Assembly: GCA_964234715.1 (NCBI GenBank)
Contig: OZ174276.1
Strand: one strand, 5' to 3'
Source: Podarcis melisellensis
Taxonomy: Eukaryota
Length of the DNA stretch: 64,000 nucleotides
A model generated the notes under the pieces. That model was not told where the DNA came from, did no database searches, and saw only the letters and a list, made by a program, of their open reading frames with translations. A program made the position numbers and the translations under genes. Of the stretch, positions 1 through 14,020 are shown piece after piece. The stretch's first letter is position 1. Each line of letters begins with the position of its first letter.

Positions 1-2975
1 TTTATTCCTTAAGCAGGAAATGCAGAGGACTTCTTTGAGGCTATTTATCCAATTCACTGGTCTGTGAGTTTTTTTGGGTTTTTTTAATGCTTGTGTGGCA
101 TGGACTCAGTTGTATAGATTAATTTAAATATTTTTTTTGAAGTTGCAAAGCTTAACTTGCACAGTAGATTTGCACCAGTTGGACAGAGGAACCTAAAATA
201 AGCATTTATGAGACTATATATAGAAATATATAAATATATACATAATATAATTATATATGTGTATATATCCATATATATATTTATATCTATATACAGATAT
301 AGATATAGGTATATATAAAGTTTCTTTGTTGGCATGTTGCCTTTTTCTGCTCAAATTGCTATATTTTAACTTATTTATGTCCTAAAAATAAAGAATGTAA
401 TTTGTTTACAGAACTGTAGATAATATCCTTAACTATTTGTAGGATTAAGACAGCACTTCCTGCCGAGATAATATTCAAATCGCTCAATTCAATGAAAATT
501 TCTGTAATATGGCACCCTGGATGTTTTATTACAACTGTGATCAGATTTTTGCCTGATAGGTTTTTCTTTTTTTGTTAAATAATGTAGATATTGCTAGCAA
601 ATAACAAAAGAAGCCAAAATATAATATATTGGATGTAGCATTGTGATCCTATATAGAGGGTGATGAAACAGAAAGGCTTCCTTTGTTTTAAATACACATT
701 TAAATGATCAGGTTTTTTGCTCTCTCTTTTTTAATGAATTATTTGACCTTATTTTGATGCAATACTTAATGATGAGGCCATTTCATTATTTAAGTGTATT
801 GCAATGGCTTCTTAAACATATATTTTTTAAAGATTATAATAAACCTCAGTGGAGTTTCTGAATATCAGTTCAAAAATAAGTTATATTTGGCTTTGTATGA
901 AGATCAAACTAATGTTGAAATACTGTGTGCTGGATTCTATTCCATTAGAAATTTAGTCATTTATTTCTTGAAAAATATGGGCTGTTGGCATTTTGGATGA
1001 GAACCACTATGGTTTGTTGCTTTGACATTTAAAAAGAAAAATAATATTTTCTGCACTATGTAGACCTGAATGAAACTTTATGAAGTGTATACTGAAATGT
1101 GCTTTGTGTGATTATTTTTAAACCAAGCTTGTCTTCCTGTAGTCACAAAAGTATATTATAGCAAATCCACTAATGTTGTTTTCCCCTTGTATTGTGCTTT
1201 CTACACTGAAAGCCATTGTAAACAACTGCAATATTCTGGGTGAGATTTCTTTTTTCTTCAAGATGGTAACAGCCTTGGTAATTTAAAAGCTTATATAATT
1301 GCTATGTCAACCACTTGAATGCAAAGCACTTTGTGGGTCACAGATTTTTCATAAATGACTTTTGTATTTAATACAAGGTTTGCTTCAAGACTTTTCAGCA
1401 AATGATCTTTTCCATAAACTTGTACAGTGCAAAAGACATTTTGATTAATATGATCAATTATGCCAGAAGAGTTGGGGGGAAAGCCCTTTAAATTAGCTTG
1501 AAAACTTTATATGTTGTTGTATTGCCTGCTGTTTTAAAGTTGGCTAAAAAGGTGGAACAACTGTAGTCGGAAGAACTATTGCAAGACAAGATGAGACTCC
1601 TGGCCAACTACAGTTTCAGATGACTAATGTTTTGAGGGCATATCAGAACTATTCTGCCAGGTAAAGTTCTAACCACCTTGAATTGCCAGCTTCTGGACTT
1701 TCGTAAGAAGCTTTTAATGTCTTTTGGCTCTACATAATTCACTCTGATCCAAACGTCTGGCTGAACAGCAAACCTTCCCAGGCTTACACAACCCTCTTCT
1801 CAACAGACAGTGTTACCTGCTTCTTAAATCTCAAAGCTGGCATGACAGTCCAGTTGACCAGCTTATTCTTAAAATCAAACTGACTGACAGTTAGGCAGGG
1901 TTTATCCCTGGATTGTAAATAACAGCAACTAACTTTTGTGTAACACTGAGGTTCTATGATCTCCTTGGGATACTATATTTGAAATACAATAAAGTCTATT
2001 TACAGGGAAAAGCATGTAGCTCTGGGCTGAAGAAACTACAAAATTGTTGGCACTGGAATATTTTGCCCCCTAACATCTTAATATTGATGATTTGCCTTTT
2101 ATTTCAAGCTTGATTTTCATCAGATACTTTTTTGATTTTCATTTCATTTTCTGTGTGTGTGCATTGTAATACAGATTCTTAATGACTAGTAGGGTACTAT
2201 TTGAGACTTGAAAAACTGTTAAAAAGAAACCAATATTTCATTCTGTACATATATAGTTTAAAAAGAAAGAAAAAGACAATATAACATATATATTAACTGT
2301 GATGCATAGGAAACTTCGGATTCTGTCAACAGAAACCATGCTCTCTCTTTATATATATATATATATATGTATATGATAAACAGACTGGGGGGGGGGGAGA
2401 AAACAGATGAGCTTATAACAGCCTTTCAACTACAAGCTTAGCACCTTGTTCCCTTTCTTAATTGCTTGGCCTCTCTATGATGGGAAGAATGGATCAAAAA
2501 ACCAAAATGGTCTATATGTTGAAATTCACTGCAATACATAAAATGCTTGCTCTCTGCGTACTGTACCTAAAAGCATGAGATTTGTGGGGGAAAATACAGC
2601 AGTACATTTGGCAATTCATCCCACTAGGGGTTATTATTCCTATATGTTTATTCATCTGTTTTTATGAATTTTTTAAATCTAGACAATAATTGTAAATAAA
2701 GAACTTACTGTCTCTGTTCATTTAATACTATGCAAAAGGTTATGCTTTCTATTGTTATTCCTACAGTGTGATGCTGGAATGTTTGTGGTTTCAAAAAAAA
2801 AACCGGAAAAAACACACAACAGTAAAATTATGTGATGTAAATTATTTTATAGTTTGAAACAAAATGATAACGTTTTACTCTTGCTGCTTACTGTCTAATA
2901 GCTATCTCCTGGCAGGAGCACAAGTGGAAATTGAAAAAAAAGTAATAAATTCACAAAGCAGCATGAACAATAAAA
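1..2975 (+). other. Probable long 3' UTR / terminal exon of an unidentified upstream gene
   Basis: AU-rich, free of recognisable transposons, no credible ORF. AATAAA at 387, 1988, 2695, 2944 and 2969. Pumilio-type TGTAHATA at 260, 1914, 2244 and 2691. miR-19-type TTTGCAC at 169 and miR-17-type GCACTTT at 1326. Repeats resume immediately after 3 kb. Confidence 0.6.
215..318. repeat. Imperfect (TA)n low-complexity tract
   Basis: Interrupted TATATA runs visible directly. Confidence 0.85.
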
Positions 2976-3063
2976 GTCTGAATATAACATCCTTCTTTTA
3001 TTTCCACTGTCAGTTGAAACAACACATGTATTTTTCAATGCACTTAATACCAGACACTTATAA

Positions 3064-3265
3064 ATGATAGCTATGCTCTGTCTTTGCAGTTGGAGGCATT
3101 ATCCTTCTGAATATCAGCTGCTGGAAACCTCTGGAAGGGAGCACTTCTGTGCTCAGGTCGAGCTTACTGGTCTCTGATAGGCAACTGGTTGGCCATTGTG
3201 ATAGCAGGATGCGGGACTAGATGGGACAAAGTCCGGATCCAGCAGGCTCTTCTTTACATTCTTAT
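3064..3265 (+). mobile_element. CR1 LINE 3' end fragment
   Basis: Resembles the squamate CR1 3' tail (...ggttggccattgtgatagcaggatgcgggactagatggg...gatccagcaggctcttc...ttcttat); related to 43705-43860. Confidence 0.7.
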
Positions 3266-6200
3266 AAATATTTTGGAGCACTGAAGGATTTGGGGGCAAT
3301 GTTCTCTTGGGAGCTGCTTGCTGATCAGTTGTGGTTCACTAAGTCGAGGGCTAGCCCCATTAAAGAAGAAGCGATCTTTGCTAGGAAGTCATAAGCCTCT
3401 CCCTGACATTTTTTATGTGTGAGTAGAGACAACTATACCACATCTGTAGTTGGTAAGCATATCTGACCAATTTAGCTTCATCACCAGTATCCTGCCAAAT
3501 AGTAAGGAGGGTACCACACAACAGATCCAGATGTGTGATAAATTCACTTTCTATAATCACCTTTTGTATCATATTTCTATGCAAAGGCAAGAATTTTACT
3601 ACACCTTATTTTTTAAAAAACAAACTATCGGAAAGCAGAATGTGGTAAACTTACCCCTTTGAGTAGTAAAATTCTTGCCACTGCATGACAAGATGAGAGC
3701 TATTGTATTCACTTGCAACTTTTCATTATTTAGGCTGCCTCTTCCTCCCTCTTAAAAAAAAAAAAGCAATGATGAGGCACATGACAATACAAAAACATCT
3801 GAGGTTTCTTTTCTATTAAAAAAGAAAGATGAAACTGGTTACCACTTACCAAGTATTACTGCAGAGAGCATGCAAGTTATTCCTTCAAGGATAGTTCCAT
3901 ATTTGCAGCCTTCTTGGCAGAATCAGGAGAGGGTAAGTGCATTCTTATCATTAAAACAGAGGAGGCTACCTTCATCAATGCTCAAGTTAAACAGAGTTGC
4001 AAAAGCTTTTTGATTCCTTCATGTTCCCACTGCAATAACATTAAAGTACATAATGAGCTAGTGCATAGCCTTGACTGCTCCCTTTCCATTTTATTTTTTA
4101 ATCTTTAGCAAGCCCTATCAGTGGAGATAGTTTCAGAGATCAATGAAAAACAGTAATAATCTCTGAACTGAAGGGCCACTTTGTCGGCACTGTATCATGG
4201 GTATGGAGGTTTTAGTTTCACTATTTGGCCAGAGTGAAAATGTTAGAAGCAGCTCACAAAGAGATCCTCTATTTTCTACCCGGCAACTTAAAATGGATCA
4301 TTTAAAGAAAGAAAATTGTGGTATAAGTTGTCATTTTCCCATATCTTATTTTGGGGCTGATAGAGTGAAAGCAACTGAACATCTATATGAAGAAGTCTAA
4401 GCCAATGGTTTTGTATGAGGTCGGTTGCAGTACTCTGTCAGGAAGATGCCTTTGAAGTAATTCTTTGCAAATATTAATGGCTTTCTGAATGGGGTATCAC
4501 AGTTAATGTGTTTCTAGTAAGCAGTAGCAATGACCAGGGATGTTAATGCTGGACGGAAATGATGGAACCAGTGTGGGATATAATTTAATGCAGCTATTAC
4601 TATTTTCTGCATTGGTTATAAGTGACTTGGTCCTCTGCTTCTTGCTTTTTCTCAAAGCATGAAGAATATAAGCGGCTGGACATAAAAACTTGTCCTAGAG
4701 AGACAATAGAAGAACATATTTTAAGGTTTGACATATAAGTTACCACATGCCCATATAAAAATGTATATTTAAATAATTGCCCTATGTTTCCCATTTCAGT
4801 AGCAACTTACCTTCTACTGTTATAAGAACCATCAAGTAATATTAAATTGAATCAATTAACAATTAACAATTTGATTCCCTTAAATGTGAACCTTCAGTGC
4901 CTGCATTTAATTTATATTGCTTTTTGGTAAAATGTGCAACATAGAAGTATTTTTAAATTTTATAGTTTAACTATTGTACTTGATAATACTTTGTTAAACA
5001 ATCAATTTAATTTATTTAATCTCATTTAAATCACCAAATACAAAATATCAGATTCAAAAAAGCAATTGGTAACAAGTTAAAGTGGCAATTTGAGTTCAGA
5101 TTCGCAATAGTAGATCACTGCACTTCACCAGAAATTCATGTGGTTTGAGTGCTCAGTCCAGCTATATAAGTTTAAACACACCTAATATTCTGAATTAGCC
5201 CAGATCCATAAATGCTCACAAGAAGGAAAATATATGCTGTTAGGCCTGTTACACCCTCTCCTGAGGGGCAGTTGCTACAATGCAATATATATTGCATTTA
5301 AACTACACCACAAATAATTTTTAAAAGGCTCTGATGGCAGTGTTTGACCACACTGGTTTAATGGAGCCATACTTGAGTTTCTGTACCACATGATTAATGG
5401 CAGGAAGTTGTTGGCCACTATGACTCCAGTTGTTTGGGCATGGCAGACGCAATGCATCCTGACATGGGGTTTAGACTGCCTGGAAGGTGCATTTTGTCAT
5501 GATTCAAGGACAAGCAGGCTGCTAGCCGTTCTTGTCTTTGAGGAAGGACTACCTGCCTTACCAACCTTTTGCAGTAAGCTTCTCTCCTCCACTGATTGGG
5601 CATGGTTGTTGCAAAGTCTCTCTTTTCCTATATTTTGTGTGTTCGGATGGTCCTTTGTTAGGCTGGAAGTTTTACGTTGATGAAGTATATTATACTATTC
5701 CTTTGTTTTTTTGCAGTTTGTCACAGCTTGGGCAGGTATACAGTACAGGATCTTGGGATTCAGACACTGGCCTTTGACACAGGTAATTAGCCTTGCTAGT
5801 ATGTATCTGAAACTGGGTCATTGGGATAGTATCACTGTAACAGGGTTTTTTTTGGGAGGGGTGGGTCAAACAGTGCTAATTTAGGGATGCATGATGTGAG
5901 TCTGTATGTTTCTGTGGAGTTTTCTTTGCCTACACGTGCTTTTGGGTATCTATGGAGATGCTGTGGCGTGTCTCAAATAGCCCTGTATTTACAAATCATT
6001 TTTGAACACGTAGGGTTCTTTCCTCCACCCACCTCCATGTCAAAAAGCAGTGTGCAAACTGTTATGCGTTACAATGGTCAGAACATGTCCCATGTATGTT
6101 GGCATTTTATATCTGCAAATGTATGTGAAATATTGGAAGCTATGTTACAGTTCTATCTTTTTATATTTTGCTGCCTTGCCTTAATGCATGAATACATTAA

Positions 6201-7589
6201 TAATTTGAGGAAGGGTTGACCTAGAAAGTAACAGCTACAGAGGCTCAAAATCATTAGTTTGCTTCTTCAAGTCTATATACATCCTAATCCAGCTCCGTTC
6301 CCGAAGAGTTTCATTACACACCACTTGTTGCAGTACTTGTGAAATTAATGGGCATTTGACTGTGCATTGTAATTCCTGTCCCATTAATGCAATGCTGACA
6401 GACATCTGCACCAAGGGGCACATATATTATGCTCCTCCTCTTCACCTAGTTTATGCAAGAGTCTGCACATCCAGCTACCAATTACTAAGTATAGCAGATT
6501 ATCACAGCAATCCTAATACTGATATTTTGCCCTTAAGACAGTCTTCCCCCACCTTGTGTTTTCAGATGTTGTTGGACTACAATCCCCCTCACCCATAGCC
6601 AATATGACCACTGGTCAGAGATGGTTCTTTCCCCCACAATATCTAGACTCACAATTGGCAAAGATTTATTTAAGGAAAGTATTCCTAATACATGTACAAT
6701 GTGATGGCCAGTCTAGATCATTGGTTTCAGTGGGCTCAAGTACATTCAGTAATAATGTGTTATACTGTAGCTTGTGAGTTTTAGCCCAAATGGAAACTAA
6801 TAATTTTACCTATTTTTCCAAGCCCTAACCACGTAATTGCCTACAGAGAAGAAGAATGTCAAGAAGTTTAACTGTTGGTTTGCATTCTCTGGATCTTCCG
6901 GCCTCCGGATTACCGTTGTTCGAGTATGTCTGTCAATAAGATGTCAAGATGAGATGTGCCTAATTCTCTCACTGGTTGATTTGGAGTGTTGCAAGCTCAT
7001 CAAATAAAGTTGTGCCTTTTTCTAACCCAAAATGGTTTCAGAGTTTCTTTTCCTTTTCTGGTTGTTGTTGTTGTTTTGCGGGGGGGGGGGGGGTTGCCTC
7101 TGCAATGCCCCGTTAGTTGTGTGTGTGCCATACTTACGTGTACAAGGGCTTTCTGGGTCAGGGCCACTGATGTAATTCCCACTGATTTTTATATATTGTG
7201 TTTAGAATTTATATTTAAAACTGGAAAGTTATTTTTGTTTCTCAAAATTAAACTCACAAGTTTTATATATTCTAAGCTCATGTATAAAAGTTTTCAAAAT
7301 GTTTACAATATAACAGTGTTTTTAAAGTAGGATAGAAAACCATTTTTGATCAAGTCAGATTTCTAGAGGTGGCTATTTCACATGAAGTAAGAGAATTGCT
7401 ATACAGGAAATTACTGTTAAGGATTCTGTTTGAGACAAATTTGCTGCTTTATGTATTCCTGTAAATCAATGAATAAATTTCTAGATGTAGAACACAATCC
7501 AGTGTATAACTTGCAGGCACATAGTTTTTGCATGAACCCAACTCCTAGCATGGTTGTGTGTAGGAACTTAGGAAGCAACCTTATATCAA

Positions 7590-7745
7590 GTCAGAACAGC
7601 AGTCCTATCTAATTCAGTGGTGATGGACAGCAGCTCTCCAGGATTTCAGACCAGCCGTCTCTCCCACCTCTGCCTGGAATTGCTGGGGGATGAACCCACC
7701 TGGGACCTGCTGCTTGCAAAACTGAAGGTCTTCTACTGGGTGCTC
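7590..7745 (-). mobile_element. Degenerate tRNA-derived SINE (same family as 33620-33815)
   Basis: Reverse complement resembles ...ttgcaagcagcaggtcccaggt...gttcatccccc...tgaaatcctggagagctgctg. Confidence 0.5.
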
Positions 7746-8068
7746 TGGTATGTGTGTGTCAATAGGAGACTCCATACTCAGAGCAGTGGGTGTTAGAGAG
7801 GAAGGGAAGAAGTGGTGATGGATTGAGTCATCCTTCTGGATCAGGAATTGGGAACCCCCAACGTATGGGCCAGATGCTGACCATAATCCTGCTGAGTTCC
7901 CTCCCACCAACCAGCAATTAAGTGGGGAGCAGTTGAAAGGAAAGGGGACTCTCGGGTTGTGTGACGTGTGCAATTGCAGCTCCTTCTTCTGTAAGAAAAT
8001 TTGTGGCAAGAAGCTCAAACAGGCAAACAATGTCTCAGCAGAGAGGTTGGTTTATGTTTCTCTAAAAA

Positions 8069-8301
8069 AAAGGTAAAGTTAAAGGACCCCTGACAGTTAT
8101 GTCCAGTCACAGATGACTCTGGGGTTACGGTGCTCATCTTGCTTTACAGGCCGAGGGAGCTGGCGTTTGTCTGCAGACAGTTTTTCCGGGTCATGAGTAA
8201 GCCAGCATGAGTAAGCCGCTTCTGGCAAAACCAGAGCAGCACACAGAAACGCCATTTACCTTCTTGCCGGAGCGGTACCTATTTATCTACTTGCACTTTT
8301 G
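8069..8301 (-). mobile_element. Sauria SINE, 5'-truncated
   Basis: aaaggtaaag tail (reverse of ACCTTT repeats); body collinear with the copy at 19279-19627; tRNA-like head missing. Confidence 0.9.
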
Positions 8302-8859
8302 TCAATGCATTCTGCAGCTGTGTTCATGGAATTTTCAGAATGCAATTGCATTTTGAGATTTTGAATAGCTGTAAGAGAAGGCTTACGGTGTGGCACTGAG
8401 GATAATTGTGTTAGTAATAATAAAAATATTACATTTAAAACACCCTTTAAAGAGGGGAAAAGAGAACTGGTGTAAATCAGATGTGCAGCTTGACATGGAT
8501 TAGATACTGCAATTGATAGGCAATAATTTGGGTTGAGGCATTGTTTAGGGGGTTTTGTTGTGAGGATCTGTTATTGCCCTAATTGTTTAAAATGTTTTAG
8601 ATTGTTTTAAACTGCTTTTAACTTGGTTGTATTTAAATTTGTTTTTTGTTTTTGTTTTAATGGGAATGTAAGATGAGAAGAGAGGAGCTGGGGAGAGCAG
8701 GGGCGACCCCAATCGTAGTGGTTCTGGGCAAGAGGAGGTATGATGTGAGTGTGGCAGGCTGGGTGAGGGGCACATGGCACAGGCAGGCAGTGACTGTGCT
8801 GTATGCCAGCCTCACAATTCACCTGGTGAATTGCAGTTGTCCTATCAGTCAGTGCTCAG

Positions 8860-8951
8860 GTCTGCAGCTGCTGTTGCTGAATGCCAGGTTGCTCCAAGTA
8901 AGACCTTCCTCGTTCATTATTTGATTATGAATGAGGCCAATCTAGTCTGTA
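8860..8951 (+). mobile_element. L2-clade LINE ORF2 N-terminal (APE endonuclease) remnant
   Basis: Translates across a frameshift as LLLLNAR / SKTFLVHYLIMNEANLVC, resembling the APE motif LLNARS-NKT-LIHDLI-DE-ADL-C. Confidence 0.6.
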
Positions 8952-9070
8952 CAGTGGTACCTCGGGATGGGAACAGGATCCGTTCCGGAGCCCCGTTTGC
9001 ATCCTGAATAGAACGTAAGATGTGACGGCACGTCTGCGCATGCACGGGTTGAGTTTTGCCGCTTCCGGCA
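8952..9070. mobile_element. Left arm only of a Tc1/mariner (Tigger-like) MITE
   Basis: TA followed by the TIR CAGTGGTACCTC, as in complete copies in this window; no right TIR. Confidence 0.7.
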
Positions 9071-9079
9071 AACACATTA

Positions 9080-9350
9080 TACATAGGGCTGCCTCTGAAG
9101 ACAGTTCAGAAACTTTAGCTGGTGCAGACTTTGGTGGCCAGGTTGCTCACCAGGGCAAGACGGTTTGTGTATATTACACCAATTCTGGTCCAACTGCACT
9201 TGCTGCCAGTTAGTTTCTGGACCCAATTCAAAATGCTGGTTTTGACTTATAAAGCCTTTAACAGTTTAGGACCACAATACCTCAAGGACCGACCGCTTCT
9301 CCCAGTCTGAACTGACCTGGATCCTGAAATCATCATCGGAGATCCTTCTT
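9080..9350 (+). mobile_element. L2-clade LINE ORF2 C-terminal fragment
   Basis: YIGLPLKTVQKL*LVQ..ARLLTRARRFVYITPILVQLHLLPVSFWTQFKMLVLTYKAFNSLGPQYLKDR, the typical L2 ORF2 C-terminal motif. Confidence 0.85.
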
Positions 9351-12300
9351 CATGTTTGAGTTCTGGGTGTGAAACAAGCCTCCTTGTTCTCCAGTTCTGG
9401 GAGCAAACAAGCCTCTGATCAGCTGGCAAGTGGAGCACCTGGTAACCAGAGATCCCATGGTAAATAAGGATCCTGTAATTTTCCCCACTCTCTGCCACGA
9501 TAGTCCCACCACTCTTTAGTATTCTGAGAGCAAGGAATCAAATGGTGGTATAGCTGGGAAGCGTTAAATCCAACTTGATTTTAAAATACCTTTTGCATAG
9601 GTATTAGCAGGATGTGTTGCTTATTCATCATTCAGTAGTTAATCTGACAGGAAGAGTGAATTAGCACAATAGGAAACAGTTTGACAGCTCATTATAAACT
9701 AAACATGCTTCATTTTCAGCATCTTTTCAGATTTCTGGACATCTGCCAGCCTGTTCATCCACTTGTAAAAGCAAAGTTACATGTACCAATTTCATTTTCC
9801 CCCTTTCTGCACACTGACAAAATCTTGACATTTTAGTTTTCAAGTTGCTTTTCTTCTCAGCATACACATCTAAAACGATTGGTGGCATTTAATTACCCCC
9901 TTCTTTAACAACTGACAGCTGTTTTACATGGTACATTTTGCATGTGACGACAGCACCTATCCCACCTAGGGAATGCTTGAGAGAAATCCTTTTATGCTGA
10001 TTTCATTCATCATGTGCAACTTCCTTTGCCTTTTCTAAAAACTTGGAAGTAAAAGCATCAATATTCTGCCAATAAGCATTTGTATCGCTACATTTTGTGC
10101 ATGCTCAGAGCTCTTGCTTGCTTGCCTAGTTTCTTAATGCCTGTCTGCCGTGACTATAGCTCCACTTGTACAGCTACTCTTTTTATTTTTAAGTAATCAC
10201 TTTCTTAGAGATGAATTCCTCCATGCAAGTCCATGTGTTCCTAAGATATGTTTTGGTCAATCCAGCTTGTTTTTTATTATTACTTTCGAAATTGGGTTTT
10301 CTGGCAAAAATGAACCTACATATGGAAGTTCTTTGAGTGGATTTTGGATCATCTACAGCCATAGATATATGAAGTCTTAACAATTTGTAAGCACACAATG
10401 GGATATAAAACAATGGCAAAAATCAGTCTGGTACTTGGGGCTGTGGCAGGAAGGCCAATGTAAACATCAGCCAACTCTATGACCATTCATGCAATGGTAA
10501 CTGGTGTAAATACCATCATGCTAAATTTTTTTGTTTCACAGCAGGGAGGCCCAACTTTTCATACCAAGTGGACTGCAATAGTACTTTGACACTGAACCCT
10601 CCAGAGGGGGGAAGGCGAGGCAAAAATTTGACACACATACCACAGCCCTCGTCCACAGCCCTCGTGCCACCTTCCCAAAGCTGGGTAAGTGAAGCACTAG
10701 CCTTTGGGAAGAAGGCATGAGGTTCTGACAGGGTGCTAGAGCCCTCTTTCCTCCTTCCTAAAGCCCAGCACCTCAACCACCTTTGGGAAGGTGACATAAG
10801 GACTGATGGGGTGGGGGGTGTCCAATTTTGCTGAAGCTCACAAAAAGGCTTCAGGGACCACCATCAGATGTTCTTTTGGAAACCTTGGACAGCATCTCAA
10901 TGAACTTTTCCTGAAGCTTAGGATCTGGGCAATATTACCACCAACCAATGTTTGATCTCAGGAATTAATAGCCACTGTAAGACACCCCACCTCATGACTG
11001 ATGTAAACATCAACAGAACTGGTAAGTTTCTGTGCATAAGACACTTGAGTTTGGGCCCATAAAACTCCAATTTGCTGAGGTTTAAGGAGCAGTATGGAGC
11101 TACTTGCAAATGACTTTCAAAGAGCAGTGTGGGGCTGCTTAAAAACCTCTTGTAATCCACCCCACACTGTTCTTTAAAGCTGCTTTGAAAGCCCTTTGAA
11201 AGCAGCCCTGTGCTGTGTAAGTCCCAATAACCAAGGCCTCAAAGTGCGGCATCACCAGACATCACTATGACAAGACATGATTGACAGGTCCTTCCTACCT
11301 GTCAAATTTGGCCCGCCACGATTGAGTGGATTAAAATCTGTCTCACTGTCCAGAAAAGCATTCCCCATGGCTGATTTGCAAGTATTCAAACAAAGCACAT
11401 TGGAAGCAAATCAACTTCTAAAGTAGACACTGCAATTGCTAATCTTGTATCAGATACCCAGAGCCTTATTTGCAGCCTTATCTGATTCTATCAGCTGCAT
11501 TTATCCTAGTCCAACTAAAACTCTCTTTCTCTCTTGCCAAAATGCAACATATTAAATTGTTTCTGGCTGCTGGAACACATTTATGTCCCTTTTGCAAACT
11601 GATGTGTGTGGGAGGCTGAAGCTACAAACTCCTTTTGTTAAGCCGCTGATCACCAAGTAAGTTTGTCAGATAAAGCCGAAGAGATGGATCTAAATAATGT
11701 AGGCAGAAACAAAAAAGGGACAGTACTCTTTTTAGTGCATATACAGGGTGCAGAAGAATGACCCATATGTGAGTGGAGCATATTTAAAAAATACAGGTAC
11801 ATGTGCCCACATTCTCAGTAATCCTAATTGGGAATCTCAAAGAGTTGTCTTTGATTTGGTAGCAAAACTGAAATGTCGTCCTTCTGCAATGATAATTTTA
11901 TCTTTTTCATTTCCAAGGTTTCACTAAGGAAATACCAAAAGCATTCATTATTTGACAATGCAATACTTATCACTGACAATTAATTCTGAGTTTCAAAATA
12001 CTAGCCTACATGCATGCTTGGTGTTTCATTCTTGCTTAAATTTTTTAAAAAGAGAGAATTATGTTCCAGTTTAGGTTAATCTGTATAACTAGAAACCATC
12101 TCCTTTGAAAACAGTTACACACATCCTTTTATAAACCATTTTGAAAACTGACTTTCCTCAAGCTATTTCCAGTTGAACATTACAATGAAATAGTTTTCCT
12201 GCTACAGCTGAGAAACAGATGCCATTTGCTTATTCTGTTCCCAGTGTTGAAAAACATCACCAAAGATTGCCAGCTTCAGTCCACAAAGATGCAGTATGCA

Positions 12301-13685
12301 AATTTCCAGGCAATCAAAATAGTGACTGGGGGAGTTTGGCCACCCCAACTCAGGCCCTGTGCAAGGCTACTTTTTTCAACAAGGGAAGCACTGCTTTTAC
12401 ATCACTTCTCATGGTCTCCACACATTTACAATTAAAGCACAGTGCCTCTTCTGCAAATTCCAAGAGGTACACATCGGTATTACACACACAGCACACTGAA
12501 GAAATGCCACTTAAAATGCTACTCAGCACAAAAAAGAAAAAGAAAAATGGTACTGGAAGCTATGTCAAACTATATGTGACACCACTACAGCATGTAACAT
12601 AACCTCTTCTCTTCAGTCATCCGTGGGAGCAGGCAATCTGCTGCGGAGAAGGAGTGGAAGAGGAAATGCTGGACCTTTCTTCCACCCACTGCACAACTCC
12701 CCTCATCCAGCCACTTCATCTCCTGCCTACTGGGCTCTCGAGGCTTCATTGAGAGTTTGCACCTGACTTTGTATTCTTGTTAATGCTTGTATTTTATTTA
12801 TTCTGTAGCAGCAATCATGAAGCATGGCTAATGAATTGCTTCTGTGGCTCAAGTACATAAGCTTTTAAACACCACTGAGAAGCAGTGATCCAGATCAGAC
12901 GTATTACAGGGAATGACATGCCTACCTGTGCCCCATAATACCTTCATGCTGCACATTTGCTCCAACATAATTGACATTTGGTTAATCATAATATACCTGA
13001 ATGAAGTAGGTGGCCTGCATGCAATTTTTCTGCCCACCAAAATGGGCCTATAGTGGTAACAGGAATGGGTTTTATTTTTTATTTTGGTGGGGGGAAATCT
13101 TATTGCACAAGTACACAGAGGGGAGATACTGCCAGGGAGGTAGTTACACTGAGTGGAATGAGAGAGATCAAGCATTCCACTTGCCTTAATATTAGCACTG
13201 GATCATCTGCTCTCACTTCATTTTGGAATCGGCTCAGTCCTTATGAGCTCTCTCAAGGAATGTTTAAAAAAAACCTGCTTTCCAGAAGTGCTCTTCCAGC
13301 TTAGGGTGCTGAAATATGACTGCTGTTGCATGCTTTTTTATTGTTCCTAGCACAAGCCATAGTTAAGGGCCCCTTGGAAATTCATATGACACCCCTCAAT
13401 CTTAGATGTCGATGTGAAGCAGCGACCACTTAAAACACTTGCAGGAGGTTATCAAAAGAAGTTATCCTAAAAGTAGGAAATATGCACCAACACTGAAAGA
13501 AGGGTTTAACATTAAGATCTATTTCTGTACCTGAAATGATAGTTTGAGAGATGTAAAATGTGAAGAACTGCAGTTAACCATTCACAACTGTATAAAATTT
13601 GTGAGAGAGAGTGGTTACAGACTGGAGACCAGTTTTTGTGACTAAAGGGCAAATAGTGAGAGGAACCTGGTGCTAAGGAGCATAC

Positions 13686-14020
13686 TCCATCAGCACAAAC
13701 ATTTCTCTTTGTGTGATGGAATGATCTTTCCTCCCCTGTGGGCTGTTCTGGGGATTCGTCTAAATCTCCCACAGTTAATTTAAGGAAAGGGGGCACACAG
13801 GGAAGGAGAGGGTGGAAAACTCTTGCACTGGCAGATGTTATTACGAGCAGAAGCTTCTGCTAGCTCAGGCACAGGCAAACTCAGCCCTCCAGATGTTTTG
13901 GGACTACAACTCCCATCATTGCTGACCACTGGTCCTGTTAGCTAGAGATGTTGTGAGTTGTGGTCCCAAAGCATCTGGAGGGCTGAGTTTGCTAGCTGGA
14001 CCAGTTAGTTGAATCCACAG
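13686..14020 (+). repeat. Unclassified interspersed repeat (second copy at 48915-49103), interrupted by a MITE
   Basis: Shares ccatcagc..acatttct..gatggaatgatct and cttctgctagc..ttgaat with 48915-49103. Confidence 0.55.
13866..13990. mobile_element. hAT-type palindromic MITE, right end clipped
   Basis: Arms aaactcagccctccagatg / catctggagggctgagttt; flanked by TGCTAGCT at 13858 and 13990; same family as 15434-15570. Confidence 0.75.
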
